Shown here piece after piece: positions 7,974 through 10,381 of a stretch of DNA of 10,381 nucleotides (positions within the stretch are counted from its first letter, which is position 1; each line of letters starts with the position of its first letter). Both the position numbers and the translations under genes were made by a program. The stretch is taken from assembly GCF_006345805.1 (NCBI RefSeq), contig NW_021827393.1, positions 1 through 10,381 of the forward strand. Direction: 5' to 3'. The notes under the pieces are model-generated. The model was given only the letters and a program-made list of their open reading frames with translations, was not told where the DNA came from and searched no databases. The stretch comes from Octopus sinensis (taxonomy: Eukaryota).

Positions 7974-8971
7974 TGGATCCAGTTGGTTTGGCTGCTAGCA
8001 TTTAAAAAATTATAGCTTATCGAAAATTTTAAAATTTAGCACTAGAATATATATTTTTCTAAGCTGAATTGCTAGAGTTATATCACTTTTTCCAGAAAAA
8101 TGTTTTAAAAAAGTTACAAAGGTTTAAAGTTTGATCATTTTCATCCAGTCAGGATACAGGATTTGGAATCTGTCATTTTGTGAGTGACTGCACATTTTGT
8201 CGTCAACATCCTGAATATAGCACGTGTTGCCAATATTTGTAAACAATACGTGTTTTGTAGTTTGAAGCATTCAATATGCAATTAATGCGATAGCACGAAC
8301 TTAAAAGATTTATCCCAAAAAACGTTATTTAGCTGTTATTTTTAGCACACCTCACAGATAAAAGAAACGAGTAAGCAAGTAGTTTTAAGCATTCAATATG
8401 CATTTAATGCGAATGCGATGAACAATACGTTACATGCGATAAACACATTGCAATTTTCCACATGATTTCAATACAGTTTCAACAGAACGATTTGGAAGAA
8501 TTAGACGAAAGTTCTTCGGTAATTTTCTTTCATGTAAATAAATGTTTATGTTAATTCTAAAATTTGACCAGTTAATTCAAAGCGAAAGTTAAAAATACAT
8601 TCAATCAATTTCTCAAACAAATCACAATTTTCCTATCTCCTGCGCTACATAAATCCACATGCCCAATTGTAAACAGATAGGAAAAACAAGTGGTTTCAAC
8701 ATATTTCTCAATACGTGCTTTCTTGTAGACAAAAGAGTTCTCATGTTCCGCTTGTTACTATGGAAACAGGCATGAATGTGTCTGTGGCTTACCATTGACT
8801 GAAATTACCCAAAATTTTCAAACTTTAATTGCGAATAACTCTTTATTTATTGATTTATAGCGAAAATGCTTTTCACTTCATTCATTAGCCAATAAAAAAA
8901 TGTATAATTTGACTGAATATGAAATCAATTCGAACAGAATTGATGCTGGGCAGCCAAACCGACTAGATCCC
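7974..8971. mobile_element. ~1-kb non-autonomous DNA transposon with ~28-bp imperfect TIRs
   Basis: The left end is TGGATCCAGTTGGTTTGGCTGCTAGCAT and the reverse complement of the right end is GGGATCTAGTCGGTTTGGCTGCCCAGCAT. The interior is AT-rich and has no ORF. Confidence 0.75.
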
Positions 8972-9017
8972 AAAGTATTTATATACATATATATATATAT
9001 TTTTCCTGGTGAAGACT

Positions 9018-9090
9018 GGTTTATGGGGCTACCGTCGGTTTCACGTCCATAAAGGTTTAACCTTATGGCGTATCGTCAGACCCCAATACC
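9018..9090 (-). ncRNA. Type I hammerhead ribozyme motif
   Basis: Minus-strand RNA: UGGGGU-CUGACGA-U-[ACGCCAUAAGGU UAA ACCUUUAUGGACGU]-GAAA-CCG A CGG-UA^-GCCCCA. The catalytic core and stems I, II and III are all present. Confidence 0.8.
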
Positions 9091-9165
9091 TGTTGGCCTA
9101 AGATCTTTTTAAAATACGGAGGAGGGAAGCCTCGTTGTTGAAAGGCAGATGTAAACAAGGAGGGT

Positions 9166-9230
<65 letters not shown>
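9166..9230. repeat. (TA)n microsatellite
   Basis: Directly visible. Confidence 0.95.
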
Positions 9231-9232
<2 letters not shown>

Positions 9233-9481
9233 TTTTATTCATTTATTCTTTTACTTGTTTTAGTCATTTGACTGCGGCCATGCTAGAGCACCGCATTTAG
9301 TCGAACAAATCGACCCAGGACTTATTCTTTGTAAGCCTAGTACTGATCGTATCGCTCTTTTTTGTCGAACCACTATGTTACGGAAATGTAAACACACCAA
9401 ATTCAGTTGCCAAGCGATGGCAGGAGGACAAATACAATACAGATACACACAAATACACACACACACACACACACACACACA
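9231..9481 (-). mobile_element. 3' half of an octopus-type SINE, with its internal (CA)n and A-rich tail
   Basis: TTTTACTTGTTTTAGTCATTTGACTGCGGCCATGCTAGAGCACCGC...GTAAACACACC is homologous to 1-31 and 3415-3473. The T-rich 9231-9260 is the A-rich tail on the minus strand. Confidence 0.8.
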
Positions 9482-10151
9482 TTCTAATATAAGGTGAAAA
9501 TTATACAATTATAAATAAGTGCAAAAAGAAAAAAACTTTCTTTGCCAATATTCTGAAAAATAGATGCTAAATTCTCTAACCACTTAAAATATTTTCACTT
9601 GTCTTATTACACCACATGCTGAAACGAGGATTCATAAAAATATAGTTGTCACCGAATCGATTCCGATTTCTGGATTAATCCAAAAAGGAATTTTCCTTCA
9701 TCAGCGAGGAACATAAAATGAAAATAAATGAAATACTCAGACATACCCACGAAAAAGCAGATGCAAAGTCATGAATACATTGAAGTACCCCAAAATATAT
9801 CCAAATCGAAATTCCGTAGCAAGCCTTGGCACAGGTGTAGTCGGTCAAGAAACGCACACAAGTGGTTAACCAGTCCCGAAGTGAATGAGAATTAATTTAC
9901 TTCTAATATAAACATAAAATTAAAAAAAAAAAAAATTACTAGTGGCCAGCACATGAAAATTATATGAGGGTTTAGTTCACAGGTGATCTAAACATCTAAC
10001 TACGCTGGGTAAGTGCTGTAACGAATTACCAGGTCTCCAAGATCATAGCCGAGACGGGATTTAAGGATCCATTGTAGATTTCCGATATAGCGGATATATA
10101 TGGCTTGAGATGTTTGTCTTGCCTTAACGTTTGTTGTCCTCTTTAACAATT

Positions 10152-10188
<37 letters not shown>
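10152..10188. repeat. (CA)(TA)n microsatellite
   Basis: Directly visible. Confidence 0.95.
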
Positions 10189-10191
<3 letters not shown>

Positions 10192-10331
10192 TGACCCTGA
10201 TTAAAGAGAATAACAAAATGCAGTTAGGGACAGGCACAACCGCCTGCGTGCTGGCAACAGGAATGGTTGCCGTTATGAAAACAAAATGGTATTTATTGTA
10301 GGTTGCAGGTTTAAAGTAGCGGAATTGGCGC

Positions 10332-10381
10332 GGAGGTGGGTGGTGGGTGGGGTGGTTGTGGTGGTGGTGGTGGTGGTGGTG
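10332..10381 (+). repeat. (GGT)n G-rich repeat running off the window end
   Basis: Directly visible. GGG runs at ~10338-10353 give weak G-quadruplex potential. Confidence 0.9.

Noticed and set aside
9825-9880. Possible very degenerate SINE head
   Set aside because: The similarity is too weak to support.
10253-10271. Small hairpin GGCAAC-N7-GTTGCC
   Set aside because: A 6-bp stem is expected by chance in a window this size.

Overview
Repeat-dense, AT-rich eukaryotic DNA, intronic or intergenic, with no intact gene. The many microsatellites and the tRNA-derived SINE fragments resemble octopus/cephalopod repeats; this is recognition from memory, not a database result. Most listed ORFs are microsatellite artefacts. 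Three real coding remnants are present, all from transposons: an RTE-like LINE 3' end with two zinc fingers (minus, ~2452-2881), a 5'-truncated Dong/R4-type LINE endonuclease inside a (TAA)n tract (3899-4444), and a decayed Tc1/mariner transposase (~6063-7142). The most notable non-coding structures are an apparently complete type I hammerhead ribozyme on the minus strand (9018-9090), two decayed hammerhead-like copies of a second family (628-664, 7881-7944), a 207-bp near-perfect palindrome (722-928), a ~1-kb non-autonomous TIR element (7974-8971) and an inverted/tandem cluster of SINE heads (4645-5267). Two candidate phase-compatible host exons are reported at low confidence.
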